Below, in pieces: positions 9,236 to 21,208 of a DNA stretch of 24,000 nt. How positions within the stretch are numbered: the stretch's first letter is position 1; every line of letters starts with the position of its first letter. This DNA comes from Candidatus Protistibacter heckmannii. GTDB taxonomy: Bacteria > Pseudomonadota > Gammaproteobacteria > Burkholderiales > Burkholderiaceae. The notes under the pieces were generated by a model. It ran no database searches. It saw only the letters and a program-made list of their open reading frames with translations, and was not told where the DNA came from. The DNA is taken from assembly GCA_025050535.1 (NCBI GenBank), contig JALBVF010000002.1, forward strand, positions 1-24,000, in the 5' to 3' direction. The position numbers and the translations under genes are program-made.

Positions 9236-9462
9236 GCCAAAGCGATTCTGGCGCCGCTTGCGTCAAGGTCCGATGACGGCTCGGGACCCGGGCGGCGGGT
9301 GTGGGCATGGTCCCCGGCCGGCGGATTGCAGGCGGGTGGAGAGCGGAACGACAACAGAGAATCCCGCCGCAAATGAGGCGTGCGAATGAAGCTGGCGAAC
9401 AGGCGAGTGAGCACGCGGCGCGATGGCTGGGCAGGCCACGCGCGGATTGGAGAAAAGGAAGC

Positions 9463-10233
9463 ATGGCAAAGATTTTTTGCGTCGCCAACCAGAAGGGCGG
9501 CGTGGGCAAGACGACGACGGCGGTGAACCTGTCCGCGGGCCTTGCCGCCCAGAAGCAGCGCGTCCTGCTCGTGGACCTCGACCCACAGGGCAATGCCTCG
9601 ATGGGCTCGGGCATCGACAAGCAGCATCTGCAGGCCAGCGTCTATCAGGTGCTGGTCGGGTTGGCCGACGTGCGCGCCACGCGCCAGCGCTCGGACAGCG
9701 GTGGCTACGACGTGCTGCCAGCCAACCGCGAACTGGCCGGCTCGGAAGTGGAGCTGGTCGATCTTGAGCAGCGCGAACGCCGCCTCAAGCAGGCTCTGGC
9801 CGAGGTCGACGCCGAATACGATTTCGTCCTCATCGACTGCCCGCCCTCGCTCTCGCTGCTCACGCTCAACGGCCTGTGCGCCGCCCACGGCGTGATTGTG
9901 CCGATGCAGTGCGAGTACTTCGCACTGGAGGGCCTGTCGGATCTGGTGAATACGATCAAGCAAGTGCACGCCAACCTGAACCTCGACCTGAAGATCATCG
10001 GCCTGCTGCGGGTGATGTTCGACCCGCGCGTGACGCTGCAGCAGCAGGTCTCGGACCAGCTGCTCTCGCACTTCGGAGACAAGGTGTTCAGCACCATCAT
10101 TCCCCGCAACGTGCGGCTCGCCGAGGCGCCGTCCTACGGCATGCCGGGCGTGAATTTCGATCCCGCGGCGCGCGGCTCCAAGGCGTATATGGAGTTCGGC
10201 GCCGAGATGATCGAGCGGATCAAGGTTATGTAA
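9463..10233 (+). CDS. parA: Chromosome partitioning ATPase ParA/Soj
   Basis: MAKIFCVANQKGGVGKTTT deviant Walker A. SD aaggaa at 9455-9460. The upstream in-frame extension to 9301 has no homology signal. Stop TAA 10231-10233. Confidence 0.95.
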   Translation: MAKIFCVANQKGGVGKTTTAVNLSAGLAAQKQRVLLVDLDPQGNASMGSGIDKQHLQASVYQVLVGLADVRATRQRSDSGGYDVLPANRELAGSEVELVDLEQRERRLKQALAEVDAEYDFVLIDCPPSLSLLTLNGLCAAHGVIVPMQCEYFALEGLSDLVNTIKQVHANLNLDLKIIGLLRVMFDPRVTLQQQVSDQLLSHFGDKVFSTIIPRNVRLAEAPSYGMPGVNFDPAARGSKAYMEFGAEMIERIKVM

Positions 10234-10316
10234 TTAAAGGGCCCGTATCCGAGTGAGCGCTCGCACAAGTTGTCGGTGCAGCGGCGGCTCCGGCCCGTTT
10301 CCAACGAGCAAAGAGA

Positions 10317-11195
10317 ATGGCGACACCGAAGAAAAAAGGCCTGGGCCGTGGCCTCGAAGTGCTGTTGGGCAGTCCGGCGGAGATCACTGAGGCGGTCCGC
10401 CAGGACGGTGAACTGGCAACCCTGGCCCTGGATCTGCTGCAGCCCGGCAAGTATCAGCCGCGCACGCGCATGGATGAGGGCGCCCTGCAGGAGCTGGCCG
10501 ACAGCCTCCGCGCCCAGGGGCTGATGCAGCCCATCCTGGTCCGCGCGGTGGACGGCGGCAAGTACGAGATCATCGCCGGCGAGCGCCGCTTCCGCGCCGC
10601 CGCCCTGGCTGGCTTGAGCGAGGTTCCGGTGCTGGTCAAGCAGGTGGCGGACCAGTCGGCGGCCGCCATGGCGCTGATCGAAAACATCCAGCGCGAGGAC
10701 CTCAACCCTCTGGAAGAGGCGCAGGGCATCCAGCGCCTGATCCGCGAATTCGATTTCACCCACGAGCAGGCGGCCGGCGCGGTCGGCCGCTCGCGCAGCG
10801 CGGTATCCAACCTGCTGCGCTTGCTCAACCTGGCGCAGCAGGTGCAGATCATGCTGATGGCCGGCGACCTGGACATGGGCCACGCCCGCGCTCTGCTGGC
10901 GGTGGATGCCGCCACGCAGATCAACCTGGCGAATCAGGTGGTCGGCAAGCGGCTGTCGGTGCGCGAAACCGAGACGCTGGTGGCCGCCACACAGAAGCCC
11001 TTCAAGCTCAAGCGCCAAGCGCCCCTCCGTGGTGCGGACAGGGATCTGGAGCGGCTCGAGGAAGAGCTCGCGGACACGCTTGGATTGGCGGTGCAGGTGA
11101 AGGCTAACTCCCGGGGCCGTGGCCAGCTGACGGTGCAGTTCGCGAGCCTGGATGAGCTCGACGGTCTGCTGGGGCGCCTGCGCAAAGACGCGTGA
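10317..11195 (+). CDS. parB: Chromosome partitioning protein ParB/Spo0J
   Basis: GLGRGLEVLLG, QPRTRMDEGALQELADSLRAQGLMQPILVR, IIAGERRFRAA ParB box, and an HTH region (EQAAGAVGRSRSAVSNLLRLL). Confidence 0.95.
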   Translation: MATPKKKGLGRGLEVLLGSPAEITEAVRQDGELATLALDLLQPGKYQPRTRMDEGALQELADSLRAQGLMQPILVRAVDGGKYEIIAGERRFRAAALAGLSEVPVLVKQVADQSAAAMALIENIQREDLNPLEEAQGIQRLIREFDFTHEQAAGAVGRSRSAVSNLLRLLNLAQQVQIMLMAGDLDMGHARALLAVDAATQINLANQVVGKRLSVRETETLVAATQKPFKLKRQAPLRGADRDLERLEEELADTLGLAVQVKANSRGRGQLTVQFASLDELDGLLGRLRKDA

Positions 11196-11213
11196 ATATT
11201 ACCGCCGAGGTCA

Positions 11214-11242
11214 TTGACGGAGATTGCGCTAAAACATGTAAT
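11214..11242 (+). promoter_or_regulatory. Putative sigma70 promoter of the atp operon
   Basis: TTGACG (11214-11219), 17-nt spacer, TGTAAT (11237-11242), in the parB-atpI spacer. Sequence-only prediction. Confidence 0.4.
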
Positions 11243-11289
11243 CCCGTAATATCTCACAGTTTTTTGCAGAGTGGAAAATTGGACTGGCC

Positions 11290-11766
11290 GTGTACAAATC
11301 TGACCAGCACCAAGAAGAGGAGGAAGAGGAAATTGTTCCGCTGACGCATGCGCAGGCGCTGAATATGTTCGGCGAACGTGCAATGCGGCCTTCCTGCATG
11401 ACCCCCTGCGGGGTGCTGTCCGCCCAAGTCGGCGTCAGCATCTTGTCAGCCCTGGGATGGACAGTCTGGGCCTGGATTGCGGGGGGAGATCGAGAGGGCG
11501 CCGTTGACCTGGTGCCCGGCCTGTCCGCCCTGATGGGCGGAGCAATCTGTTTCGTGCCGGCTGCCTTGTTTGCGCTGGAGCTTTCGAGAGTGGAGCGTAA
11601 CCGCTCGGTCACCGTGATGGTGATTGGCGAGGTGGTCAAGGTGCTGTTCACTCTTGCGCTGTTCACCCTGGTGGCGGCGAAGCTGGCTGATGTGCGCTGG
11701 CTGCCCCTGGGTCTGACCTATTTGCTGGCGCTCAAGACCTACTGGGTCGCGCTGGTGCTCAGATGA
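11290..11766 (+). CDS. atpI: F0F1 ATP synthase accessory subunit I (AtpI)
   Basis: Small hydrophobic protein in the conserved position before atpB. GTG start. The exact start is uncertain (internal ATG alternatives exist). Confidence 0.75.
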   Translation: MYKSDQHQEEEEEEIVPLTHAQALNMFGERAMRPSCMTPCGVLSAQVGVSILSALGWTVWAWIAGGDREGAVDLVPGLSALMGGAICFVPAALFALELSRVERNRSVTVMVIGEVVKVLFTLALFTLVAAKLADVRWLPLGLTYLLALKTYWVALVLR

Positions 11767-11815
11767 GAAGCGTCTGGGCGATAAGAAGAATTGATTGAAT
11801 TGACGGAAGATTGAA

Positions 11816-12718
11816 ATGGCGGAAACTGCGACGCAAGTCATCCAGGCTGCAGAACATGCTGTGGAACACGCGGCTGAAAAGGTATTGACCGCGCCCGAGT
11901 ACATTCTCGAGCACTTGCAGAACCTGAACAGCATCGGCGGCAAGCAGGCGTCCATCGTCGATTTCTCCGTGATCAACTGGGACACCATGTTCTGGTCGGT
12001 CCTCTGCGGCCTGATCGCCGTGGGTCTGCTCTACATCGTCGCGCGCCGCGCCACCTCCGGCGTCCCCGGCCGCTTGCAGGCCTCCATCGAAATGGTCGCC
12101 GAGCTGGTCGAGGACCAGTCCAAGAGCATCGTCCACGGCGATCGCACCTTCGTGGCCCCGCTGGCGCTGACCGTCTTCATGTGGATCATCGTTATGAATA
12201 CAGTCGACCTGATCCCGGTCGACTGGGTCTACGGCATCAACCATCTGCTGGACGTTTTCCATCTGCATCTGCCCCACCACCGCGCGGTGGCCACGGCCGA
12301 CCTCAATGGCACGCTGGGCATGTCCGCATCGGTGCTCGTGCTTATGGTCTACTACAGCTTCAAGATCAAGGGCGCGGGCGGCTTCGTCCACGAACTGCTC
12401 TCCGCACCCTTCGGCGCCAAGTGGTATCTGGCCCCGTTCAACCTGCTCCTGAACCTGATCGAATTCCTGGCCAAGACCATCTCGCTGGGCATGCGGCTGT
12501 TCGGCAACATGTACGCCGGCGAGCTGATCTTCCTGCTCATCGCGCTGCTGGGCTCGATCTGGACCTTTGAAGTCGACCTGGGCATCCTGGGCTTCGTGTG
12601 CAATGTGGTCGCCGGCACGATGTGGGCCATCTTCCACATCCTGGTCATCCTGCTGCAAGCCTTCATCTTCATGATGCTGACCCTGGTGTACATCGGTCAG
12701 GCGCACGACCATCACTAA
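11816..12718 (+). CDS. atpB: F0F1 ATP synthase subunit a
   Basis: Multi-pass membrane protein with the [13 protein letters not shown] motif (essential Arg) in operon position. Confidence 0.95.
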   Translation: MAETATQVIQAAEHAVEHAAEKVLTAPEYILEHLQNLNSIGGKQASIVDFSVINWDTMFWSVLCGLIAVGLLYIVARRATSGVPGRLQASIEMVAELVEDQSKSIVHGDRTFVAPLALTVFMWIIVMNTVDLIPVDWVYGINHLLDVFHLHLPHHRAVATADLNGTLGMSASVLVLMVYYSFKIKGAGGFVHELLSAPFGAKWYLAPFNLLLNLIEFLAKTISLGMRLFGNMYAGELIFLLIALLGSIWTFEVDLGILGFVCNVVAGTMWAIFHILVILLQAFIFMMLTLVYIGQAHDHH

Positions 12719-12776
12719 TTAAAACAACCACCCAGAGACAAACGATTTTCCCGATTCACCAGCATTAATCGATTAA

Positions 12777-13082
<306 letters not shown>

Positions 13083-13173
13083 GAAAGCCTGGACCTCTCC
13101 GGCGCCAGCTTCCGGCACATCCCCCGGAGCGCCGCCGGTATTCCAGTTCGCTTTTAACCGAAAGGACGACACC

Positions 13174-13644
13174 GTGAATCTCAACGCAACATTCCTTGCG
13201 CAGATGGTGGTGTTCTTCATCCTGTGGTGGTTTGTCGCCAAGTTTGTGTGGCCGCCGCTGATGAAGGCACTCGACGATCGCGCGACCAAGGTGGCCGATG
13301 GCCTTGCCGCCGCCGAGCGGGGCAAGGCCGACCTCGACGCGATGACGCTGCGGATCAAGACCGAGACTGACAAGGCTCGCGCCGACGGCGCGCAACGCAT
13401 TGCCGACGCCGAAAAGCGCGCGCAGTCCGTGGCCGACGAGATCAAGCAGAACGCCAAAGCCGAAGCCGCGCGCATCATCGCGCAAGCCAAGGCCGACGCG
13501 GAACAGCAAGTCACCCGCGCGCGCGAAGCGCTGCGCGACCAAGTCGCCAGCCTGGCCGTCAAGGGCGCGGAGCAGATCTTGCGCCGCGAAGTCGACGCCA
13601 AGGCCCACGCCGACCTGCTGAACCAACTCAAGGCCGGGCTCTGA
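13174..13644 (+). CDS. atpF: F0F1 ATP synthase subunit b
   Basis: N-terminal TM helix followed by a long Ala/Glu/Lys/Arg-rich coiled coil. GTG start after aaagga. Confidence 0.92.
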   Translation: MNLNATFLAQMVVFFILWWFVAKFVWPPLMKALDDRATKVADGLAAAERGKADLDAMTLRIKTETDKARADGAQRIADAEKRAQSVADEIKQNAKAEAARIIAQAKADAEQQVTRAREALRDQVASLAVKGAEQILRREVDAKAHADLLNQLKAGL

Positions 13645-13645
13645 C

Positions 13646-14182
13646 ATGGCCGAACTCGCTACCATCGCTCGCCCGTACGCCGAGGCGCTGTATCGCGTAG
13701 CCAAGGCCGGCAGCGTTGCCGCCTGGTCCGATCTGATCGACGAGATGGCGCAGGTCGCCGCCCATCCCGACCTGCGCTCGGTGGCTGGCAATCCTCATCT
13801 CGGCCACGCCAAGCTGGTCGAAGTCGTCGCCGGTTCGTTCAAGACAAAGCTGTCGGTCGAGGCGCAGAACTTCCTGCAGATGCTGGTCGAAAACGGCCGC
13901 CTGGCTGCGTTGCCAAAAATCGCGGCGCAGTTCCACGCCCTGGCCAATGCCGACGCCGGCGCCGCCGAAGCGTTCATCACCAGTGCGTTCCCCATCGAAG
14001 GCGCGCAGCTCTCCGAGCTGGTCGCCGCGCTGGAGCGCAAGTTCGGAAAAAAGCTCAAGCCCGAAGTGGCGATCGACGCGGAACTGATCGGCGGCGTACG
14101 CGTGCAAGTCGGCGACGAAGTGCTCGACGCCTCGGTGCGCGCCCGCCTGACCGGCATGCGCAACGCCTTGACCGCAGCCTGA
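13646..14182 (+). CDS. atpH: F0F1 ATP synthase subunit delta
   Basis: [16 protein letters not shown].. OSCP/delta N-terminus. Coupled to the atpF stop. Confidence 0.92.
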   Translation: MAELATIARPYAEALYRVAKAGSVAAWSDLIDEMAQVAAHPDLRSVAGNPHLGHAKLVEVVAGSFKTKLSVEAQNFLQMLVENGRLAALPKIAAQFHALANADAGAAEAFITSAFPIEGAQLSELVAALERKFGKKLKPEVAIDAELIGGVRVQVGDEVLDASVRARLTGMRNALTAA

Positions 14183-14221
14183 CCGCAGCCCCGGACACCA
14201 TCAAGAATTAGGAGCATCAAC

Positions 14222-15763
14222 ATGCAACTGAACCCCTCTGAAATCAGCGAGCTGATCAAGAGCCGTATCTCCGGCCTTGGCGGCGACGCCGAGCTGCGCA
14301 ATCAGGGCACGGTCATCTCGGTGACCGACGGCATCTGCCGCATGCACGGCCTGTCCAGCGTGATGCAGGGCGAAATGCTGGAATTCCCTGGCAACACCTT
14401 CGGCCTGGCGCTGAACCTCGAGCGCGACTCCGTCGGCGCCGTGGTGCTGGGCGACTACGAACACATCAAGGAAGGCGACCAGGTCAAGTGCACCGGCCGC
14501 ATCCTGGAAGTGCCCGTCGGCCCCGAGCTGCTCGGCCGCGTGGTCAACTCCCTGGGCCAGCCCATCGACGGCAAGGGCCCGATCAACGCCAAGCTGACCG
14601 ACGTGATCGAAAAGGTGGCGCCCGGCGTCATCGCACGTCAATCGGTGAGCCAGCCCGTGCAGACCGGCCTGAAGTCGATCGACTCCATGGTTCCCGTCGG
14701 CCGCGGCCAGCGCGAACTGATCATCGGCGACCGCCAGACCGGCAAGACCGCCGTGGCCGTCGACACGATCATCAACCAGAAGGGCAAGGGCCTTTACTGC
14801 GTGTACGTCGCGATCGGCCAGAAGGCCTCGACCATCGCCAACGTCGTGTGCAAGCTCGAAGAGCACGGCGCCATGGCCTACACGGTGGTCGTCGCCGCCT
14901 CCGCCTCGGACTCCGCCGCCATGCAATACCTGGCCGCCTACTCCGGCTGCACGATGGGCGAATACTTCCGCGACCGCGGCGAAGACGCGCTGATCATTTA
15001 TGACGATCTGACCAAGCAAGCCTGGGCCTATCGCCAGATCTCGCTGCTGCTGCGCCGCCCGCCTGGCCGCGAAGCCTACCCCGGCGACGTGTTCTATCTG
15101 CACTCCCGTCTGCTCGAGCGCGCCGCCCGCGTGAACGCCGAGTACGTCGAGAAGTTCACTAACGGCGCCGTGAAGGGCAAGACCGGTTCGCTGACCGCGC
15201 TGCCCGTGATCGAAACTCAGGCCGGCGACGTGTCCGCCTTCGTGCCGACCAACGTGATCTCGATCACCGACGGTCAGATCTTCCTGGAAACCGACCTGTT
15301 CAACGCCGGCATCCGTCCCGCGATCAACGCCGGTATTTCGGTGTCGCGCGTCGGTGGCGCCGCCCAGACCAAGGTCATCAAGAAGCTCTCCGGCGGTATC
15401 CGTACCGACCTCGCCCAGTACCGTGAACTGGCTGCGTTCGCGCAGTTCGCCTCCGACCTGGACGACGCCACCCGCAAGCAGCTCGAGCGCGGCCGCCGCG
15501 TGACCGAACTGCTCAAGCAGCCGCAATACCAGCCGCTGCAGGTGTGGCAGCTGGCCGCCTCGCTGTACGCGGCCAACAATGACTTCCTGGACGACATCGA
15601 CGTGAAGAACGTGCCGTCCTTCGAGAAGGGTCTGCACGAAGAGCTCAAGACCCGTCACGGCGATCTGATCGGCCGCATCGAAGACACCAAGGATCTTTCC
15701 AAGGAAGACGAAGCCGCGCTGCGTGAAGCGATCGAGTCCTTCAAGAAATCCGGAGCATTCTGA
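14222..15763 (+). CDS. atpA: F0F1 ATP synthase subunit alpha
   Basis: GDRQTGKTA Walker A, 513 aa, uninterrupted. Confidence 0.97.
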   Translation: MQLNPSEISELIKSRISGLGGDAELRNQGTVISVTDGICRMHGLSSVMQGEMLEFPGNTFGLALNLERDSVGAVVLGDYEHIKEGDQVKCTGRILEVPVGPELLGRVVNSLGQPIDGKGPINAKLTDVIEKVAPGVIARQSVSQPVQTGLKSIDSMVPVGRGQRELIIGDRQTGKTAVAVDTIINQKGKGLYCVYVAIGQKASTIANVVCKLEEHGAMAYTVVVAASASDSAAMQYLAAYSGCTMGEYFRDRGEDALIIYDDLTKQAWAYRQISLLLRRPPGREAYPGDVFYLHSRLLERAARVNAEYVEKFTNGAVKGKTGSLTALPVIETQAGDVSAFVPTNVISITDGQIFLETDLFNAGIRPAINAGISVSRVGGAAQTKVIKKLSGGIRTDLAQYRELAAFAQFASDLDDATRKQLERGRRVTELLKQPQYQPLQVWQLAASLYAANNDFLDDIDVKNVPSFEKGLHEELKTRHGDLIGRIEDTKDLSKEDEAALREAIESFKKSGAF

Positions 15764-15819
15764 GCTGTATCACCCGTTTCCCGCCGATAGGCTGGGGCGG
15801 GTCCAGACAAGGAAATACG

Positions 15820-16695
15820 ATGGCCGGAACAAAGGAAATCCGAAACAAGATCAAGAGCGTGCAAAACACGCGCAAGATCACCAAGGCGATGGAGATGGTC
15901 GCCGCCTCGAAGATGCGCAAGGCGCAGGAGCACATGCGCTCGGCCCGTCCGTACGCAGAGAAAGTGCGCAACGTCGCGGCCCACATGGCGCAGGCCAACC
16001 CCGAGTACCGCCACCCGTTCATGGTCAAGCGCGAGGTCAAGCGCGCCGGCCTGATCGTGGTGTCGACCGACAAGGGTCTGTGCGGAGGTCTGAACACCAA
16101 CATGCTGCGCGCGGTGACCAACCAGCTGCGCGAGCTCGACGGCAAGGGCATCAGGGTGCAGACCACCGCGCTCGGCTCCAAGGGTGCGCAGTTCCTCTCC
16201 CGCATCAGCGCCAACCTGGTGTCGCAAGCTTTACAGATGGGCGACACGCCGCATCTGGAGAAGATGATCGGCGCGATCAAGGTTCAGCTCGACACCTTCA
16301 TCAACGGTGAAGTCGACGTGGTCTATCTCGCCTACACCCGCTTCATCAACACCATGCGCCAGGAGCCCGTGGTTGAGCAACTGCTGCCGCTCGACGCCAG
16401 CCGCCTGGAGCAGACCGAAGCTGAGAAGCGCGCCTACTCGTGGGACTACATCTACGAGCCCGACGCACAATCCGTGGTCGACGAGCTGCTCAAGCGCTAC
16501 GTCGAGGCGCTGGTCTATCAGTCGGTGGCGGAGAACATGGCGTCGGAGCAGTCCGCACGGATGGTGGCCATGAAGGCCGCATCGGACAACGCCAAGAACG
16601 TGATCGGAGAGCTGCAACTGGTCTACAACAAAACCCGTCAAGCCGCGATCACCAAAGAGCTGTCCGAAATCGTCAGCGGCGCCGCTGCTGTTTAA
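15820..16695 (+). CDS. atpG: F0F1 ATP synthase subunit gamma
   Basis: [37 protein letters not shown]-terminus and ..[16 protein letters not shown]-terminus. Confidence 0.97.
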   Translation: MAGTKEIRNKIKSVQNTRKITKAMEMVAASKMRKAQEHMRSARPYAEKVRNVAAHMAQANPEYRHPFMVKREVKRAGLIVVSTDKGLCGGLNTNMLRAVTNQLRELDGKGIRVQTTALGSKGAQFLSRISANLVSQALQMGDTPHLEKMIGAIKVQLDTFINGEVDVVYLAYTRFINTMRQEPVVEQLLPLDASRLEQTEAEKRAYSWDYIYEPDAQSVVDELLKRYVEALVYQSVAENMASEQSARMVAMKAASDNAKNVIGELQLVYNKTRQAAITKELSEIVSGAAAV

Positions 16696-18147
<1,452 letters not shown>

Positions 18148-18172
18148 CGCAGTAGGCAATTAGGAAACCATC

Positions 18173-18589
18173 ATGGCAACCCTCCATGTCGATGTAGTCA
18201 GCGCGGAAGCGACGATCTTCTCGGGCAACGCGAGGTTCGTCGCGCTGCCCGGCGAAGCCGGCGAGCTCGGCATCCTGCCGGGCCACACCCCGCTGATCTC
18301 GCGCATCCGCCCCGGCGCGGTGCGCATCGAGAAGGAAGACGACGACGAAGAATTCGTGTTCGTGGCCGGCGGCATTCTCGAGATCCAGCCCGGCGTGGTC
18401 ACCGTGCTGGCCGACACCGCGATCCGCGGCCACGACCTCGACGAAGCCAAGGCCAGCGAGGCCAAGCGCTCCGCCGAGGAAGCCATGCAGAACCGCGCCA
18501 GCGAAATCGACTTTGCCCGCGCACAGTCCGAATTCGCCATCGCGGTCGCGCAGCTGTCGGCCATCGCGAAGTTGCACAAGAAGCACTGA
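18173..18589 (+). CDS. atpC: F0F1 ATP synthase subunit epsilon
   Basis: [18 protein letters not shown].. typical epsilon N-terminus, last gene of the operon. Confidence 0.95.
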   Translation: MATLHVDVVSAEATIFSGNARFVALPGEAGELGILPGHTPLISRIRPGAVRIEKEDDDEEFVFVAGGILEIQPGVVTVLADTAIRGHDLDEAKASEAKRSAEEAMQNRASEIDFARAQSEFAIAVAQLSAIAKLHKKH

Positions 18590-18611
18590 GACCTCGAAGT
18601 CTCTGAGAGAA

Positions 18612-18631
18612 AGGCAGCCTTCGGGCTGCCT
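18612..18631 (+). terminator. Hairpin after atpC (aggcagcc-ttcg-ggctgcct), probable atp operon terminator lacking a clear U-tract
   Basis: Perfect 8-bp GC-rich stem with a ttcg tetraloop 22 nt after the atpC stop. The downstream sequence (cggaactggatttctg) has only a weak T run. Confidence 0.55.
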
Positions 18632-18640
18632 CGGAACTGG

Positions 18641-19750
18641 ATTTCTGCCTCCGCTATCGATGTCGAGCGTCAGCAGCATCATGCCGTATTCGCCGACGAT
18701 GGCGTTGCGGGCCCGGCGTATCGCCTGCATGAAGTACGTGAATTCCTCCCGCTCCGTCGCGTTCGCGGAAAACAGCAACACATACGGCCGGGCCGGATTG
18801 AAGCGCCGCAGATCCTGATTGGCTTCGATATCCTGCACCGTGTTGACGGCCGCCGCCGCGGCGGCGGCCGCGATTTTCGCCTCCTTGTCCTTGTTCAGCA
18901 GGGCGCGCACGCCGAAACCCAAGCCGATCAGGCCCGTCAGCGTCGGAAACGCCGCCGTAGGCATGCCGGGCACCAGCGCAAACATAAACATGGCGCCTGC
19001 CACCACCGCCAAGGCGCGAGGCTGCATCAGCAACTGCCCGACGATTTCCAGGCCCAGATTGCCCCGGCTGGTGTCGCCGTCGGGCGATACACGGGTGATC
19101 ACGATGCCCGAGGTCAGCGCGATCAGCAGCGCTGGAATCTGCGCGACCAGCCCGTCGCCAATAGTCAGCACCGAGTACAGCCGGATGGCGTCGCCTGCGG
19201 CCATGTCCTGCTGAAAGACGCCGATGGCGAAACCGCCGAGCAGATTCACCGCTATGATGACCAGACCGGCGATGGCGTCGCCCTTGACGAACTTCATCGT
19301 GCCGTCCATGGTGCCGAACAGCTTTCCTTCCTTGGAGAGGTCGGCGCGCCGGCGGCGCGCATCGTTGGGGGTGATCAGGTTGGAGCGCAGATCGCTGTCG
19401 ATGGACAGCTGCTTACCCGGCATCGCATCGAGCGTGAAGCGGGCGGTGACCTCGGCCACGCGCTCCGCGCCCTTGGTGATCACCAGGAACTGAACGACGG
19501 CGAGAATCAGAAAGATCACGATGCCGGCGACGAAATTGCCGAAGGCCTCGACGATATTACCGGCGTCGGCCTGCAGCAGGATCAGCCGCGTGGTGCTGAT
19601 GGAGATGCCGAGCCGGAACAGCGTGGTGATCAGAATCAGCCCCGGCAGGGTGGAGAAGGCCAGCGCGCTGGGCAGGTAAAGCGAAAGCACAATCAACAGC
19701 GTGGACACGCAGAAATTGAAGGCGATCTCGGCGGGTACAGTGATGTACAT
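18641..19750 (-). pseudogene. Orphan fragment of a type III secretion / flagellar export-gate gene (SctV/FlhA, FHIPEP family), truncated at both ends
   Basis: Translation contains the family's near-invariant blocks: [103 protein letters not shown], then the linker and the first ~40 aa of the cytoplasmic domain. It lacks about 30 N-terminal codons, the conserved VGGNxxV segment (site about 19526) and about 300 C-terminal codons. There is no in-frame stop until 18044, inside antisense atpC. Confidence 0.8.
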
Positions 19751-19846
19751 CGATCAGCATCTTGGTTCCATCGCGCCGGTCCGCGGATGGAGCGTATGCC
19801 CGCTCAGGTAAAATCTGCGCTTTCCCGCCCAGCCGAATTCACCCCC

Positions 19847-20959
19847 ATGGCCTCCCTGCTCAATGACCGTTTTCTGCGCGCCGCACTGCGCCAGCCCACC
19901 GACGCCTCTCCCGTCTGGCTGATGCGCCAGGCCGGCCGCTACCTGCCCGAATACAACGCCACGCGCGCGCGCGCCGGCAGCTTCATGGGCCTGGCGACCA
20001 ATCCGTCCTATGCGGCGGAGGTGACGCTGCAGCCCCTGGACCGCTATCCGCTCGACGCCGCGATCCTGTTTTCCGACATCCTCACCGTGCCCGATGCGAT
20101 GGGCCTGGGTCTGAGCTTCGCCGCGGGCGAGGGGCCGAAGTTCGCACATCCGGTGCGCACCGAGGCCGACGTCGCCGCCCTGCGCACGCCCGATCTGAAC
20201 CGCCTGCGCTATGTGTTCGACGCTGTCGTCGAGATCCGCCGCGCGCTCGTCCAGGACGGCCGCCAGCGCGTGCCGCTGATCGGCTTCTCCGGCAGCCCAT
20301 GGACGCTCGCCTGCTATATGGTCGAAGGCGCGGGCTCGGATGATTTCCGCACTGTCAAGACCATGCTCTACAGCCGGCCCGACCTGATGCACCGCATCCT
20401 CGAGATCAATGCTGACGCCGTGGCCGCCTATCTCAACGCCCAGGTCGACGCCGGCGCGCAGGCGCTGATGATCTTCGACACCTGGGGCGGCACCCTGGCC
20501 GACGGCGTCTACCAGCCGTTTTCCCTGGCCTACATGCGCTGCGTGCTGCGCCAGCTCAAGCGCGAGGCCGAGGGCCGCCAGGTGCCGGTGATCGTCTTCA
20601 CCAAGGGCGGCGGCCTGTGGCTGGAGGAGATCGCCGACGCCCAGGACGGCCACGGCCCCGACGCGGTGGGCCTGGATTGGACGGTGAACCTGGGCGCCGC
20701 CCGCCGCCGCATCGGCGCGCGCTGCGCTCTGCAGGGCAATCTCGACCCCAACACCCTGTTCGCCCTGGCCCCTGCCGTGCGTGCTGAAGTCCGCCGCCTG
20801 CTCGACAGCTACGCCGCGGCGGCGCCCGCCGGGGAAAGCCCGCTGCTTGGCCATATTTTCAATCTGGGCCACGGGATTTCTCAATTCACTCCACCGGAAA
20901 TCGTCGCCGAGCTGGTCGATGAAGCACATATTTATAGCTCGAAGTTTCTCTGGGCTTGA
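19847..20959 (+). CDS. hemE: Uroporphyrinogen decarboxylase
   Basis: [36 protein letters not shown] canonical HemE N-terminus. 370 aa. The ORF-track start at 19787 is an upstream in-frame extension. Confidence 0.93.
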   Translation: MASLLNDRFLRAALRQPTDASPVWLMRQAGRYLPEYNATRARAGSFMGLATNPSYAAEVTLQPLDRYPLDAAILFSDILTVPDAMGLGLSFAAGEGPKFAHPVRTEADVAALRTPDLNRLRYVFDAVVEIRRALVQDGRQRVPLIGFSGSPWTLACYMVEGAGSDDFRTVKTMLYSRPDLMHRILEINADAVAAYLNAQVDAGAQALMIFDTWGGTLADGVYQPFSLAYMRCVLRQLKREAEGRQVPVIVFTKGGGLWLEEIADAQDGHGPDAVGLDWTVNLGAARRRIGARCALQGNLDPNTLFALAPAVRAEVRRLLDSYAAAAPAGESPLLGHIFNLGHGISQFTPPEIVAELVDEAHIYSSKFLWA

Positions 20960-21100
20960 CTTATGCACAAAAGTTGCGGTGCGGCATGCATTGGCACACC
21001 GCGCGGCAAAGCGCCAGTCGTTCTTTAAGTAACCCCCTGTTTTTAAAGGGATTCATGTTTTCCCCAGGCAAGCCCGGAGAAATGCCGAAGGCTTGAGAAC

Positions 21101-21132
21101 ACAGGGCTGGCGGGCGATCTCGGCCCTGTTTT
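21101..21132 (+). terminator. Possible rho-independent terminator downstream of hemE
   Basis: acagggc (21101-21107) / gccctgt (21123-21129) with a 15-nt loop, followed by tttt. The long loop makes this weak. Confidence 0.3.
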
Positions 21133-21208
21133 CAACAAAGTTGTCCACATGCTGGCGCGCCCAGGTCAAATTTTCCTCAAAAACCTGGAACTTAGCGGGA
21201 TAGTTAAG

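Noticed and set aside
9236-9462. Unusually long (227 bp) rsmG-parA spacer, examined for a small gene, parS or a structured RNA
   Set aside because: There is no convincing ORF with a start and SD on either strand, no parS-like palindrome and no stable hairpin. The in-frame upstream extension of parA (from 9301) has no homology signal.
14201-15658. Long antisense or shadow ORFs opposite well-supported genes (for example 14201-15658, 16708-17823, 19754-20968, 22055-23485, 9010-10071, 11759-12715 and 5496-6467 on the minus strand, and many plus-strand alternatives)
   Set aside because: All overlap strongly supported genes, have Arg/Ala/Gly/Pro-dominated low-complexity translations with no recognisable motifs, and are the expected artefact of high GC content.
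21141-21149. TTGTCCACA, a one-mismatch DnaA box upstream of priA, and more generally the possibility that oriC lies in this window (for example 5240-6530 upstream of gidA)
   Set aside because: It is a single isolated box. I found no cluster of DnaA boxes or AT-rich unwinding element anywhere in the window, and the region upstream of mnmG is occupied by a coding frame.
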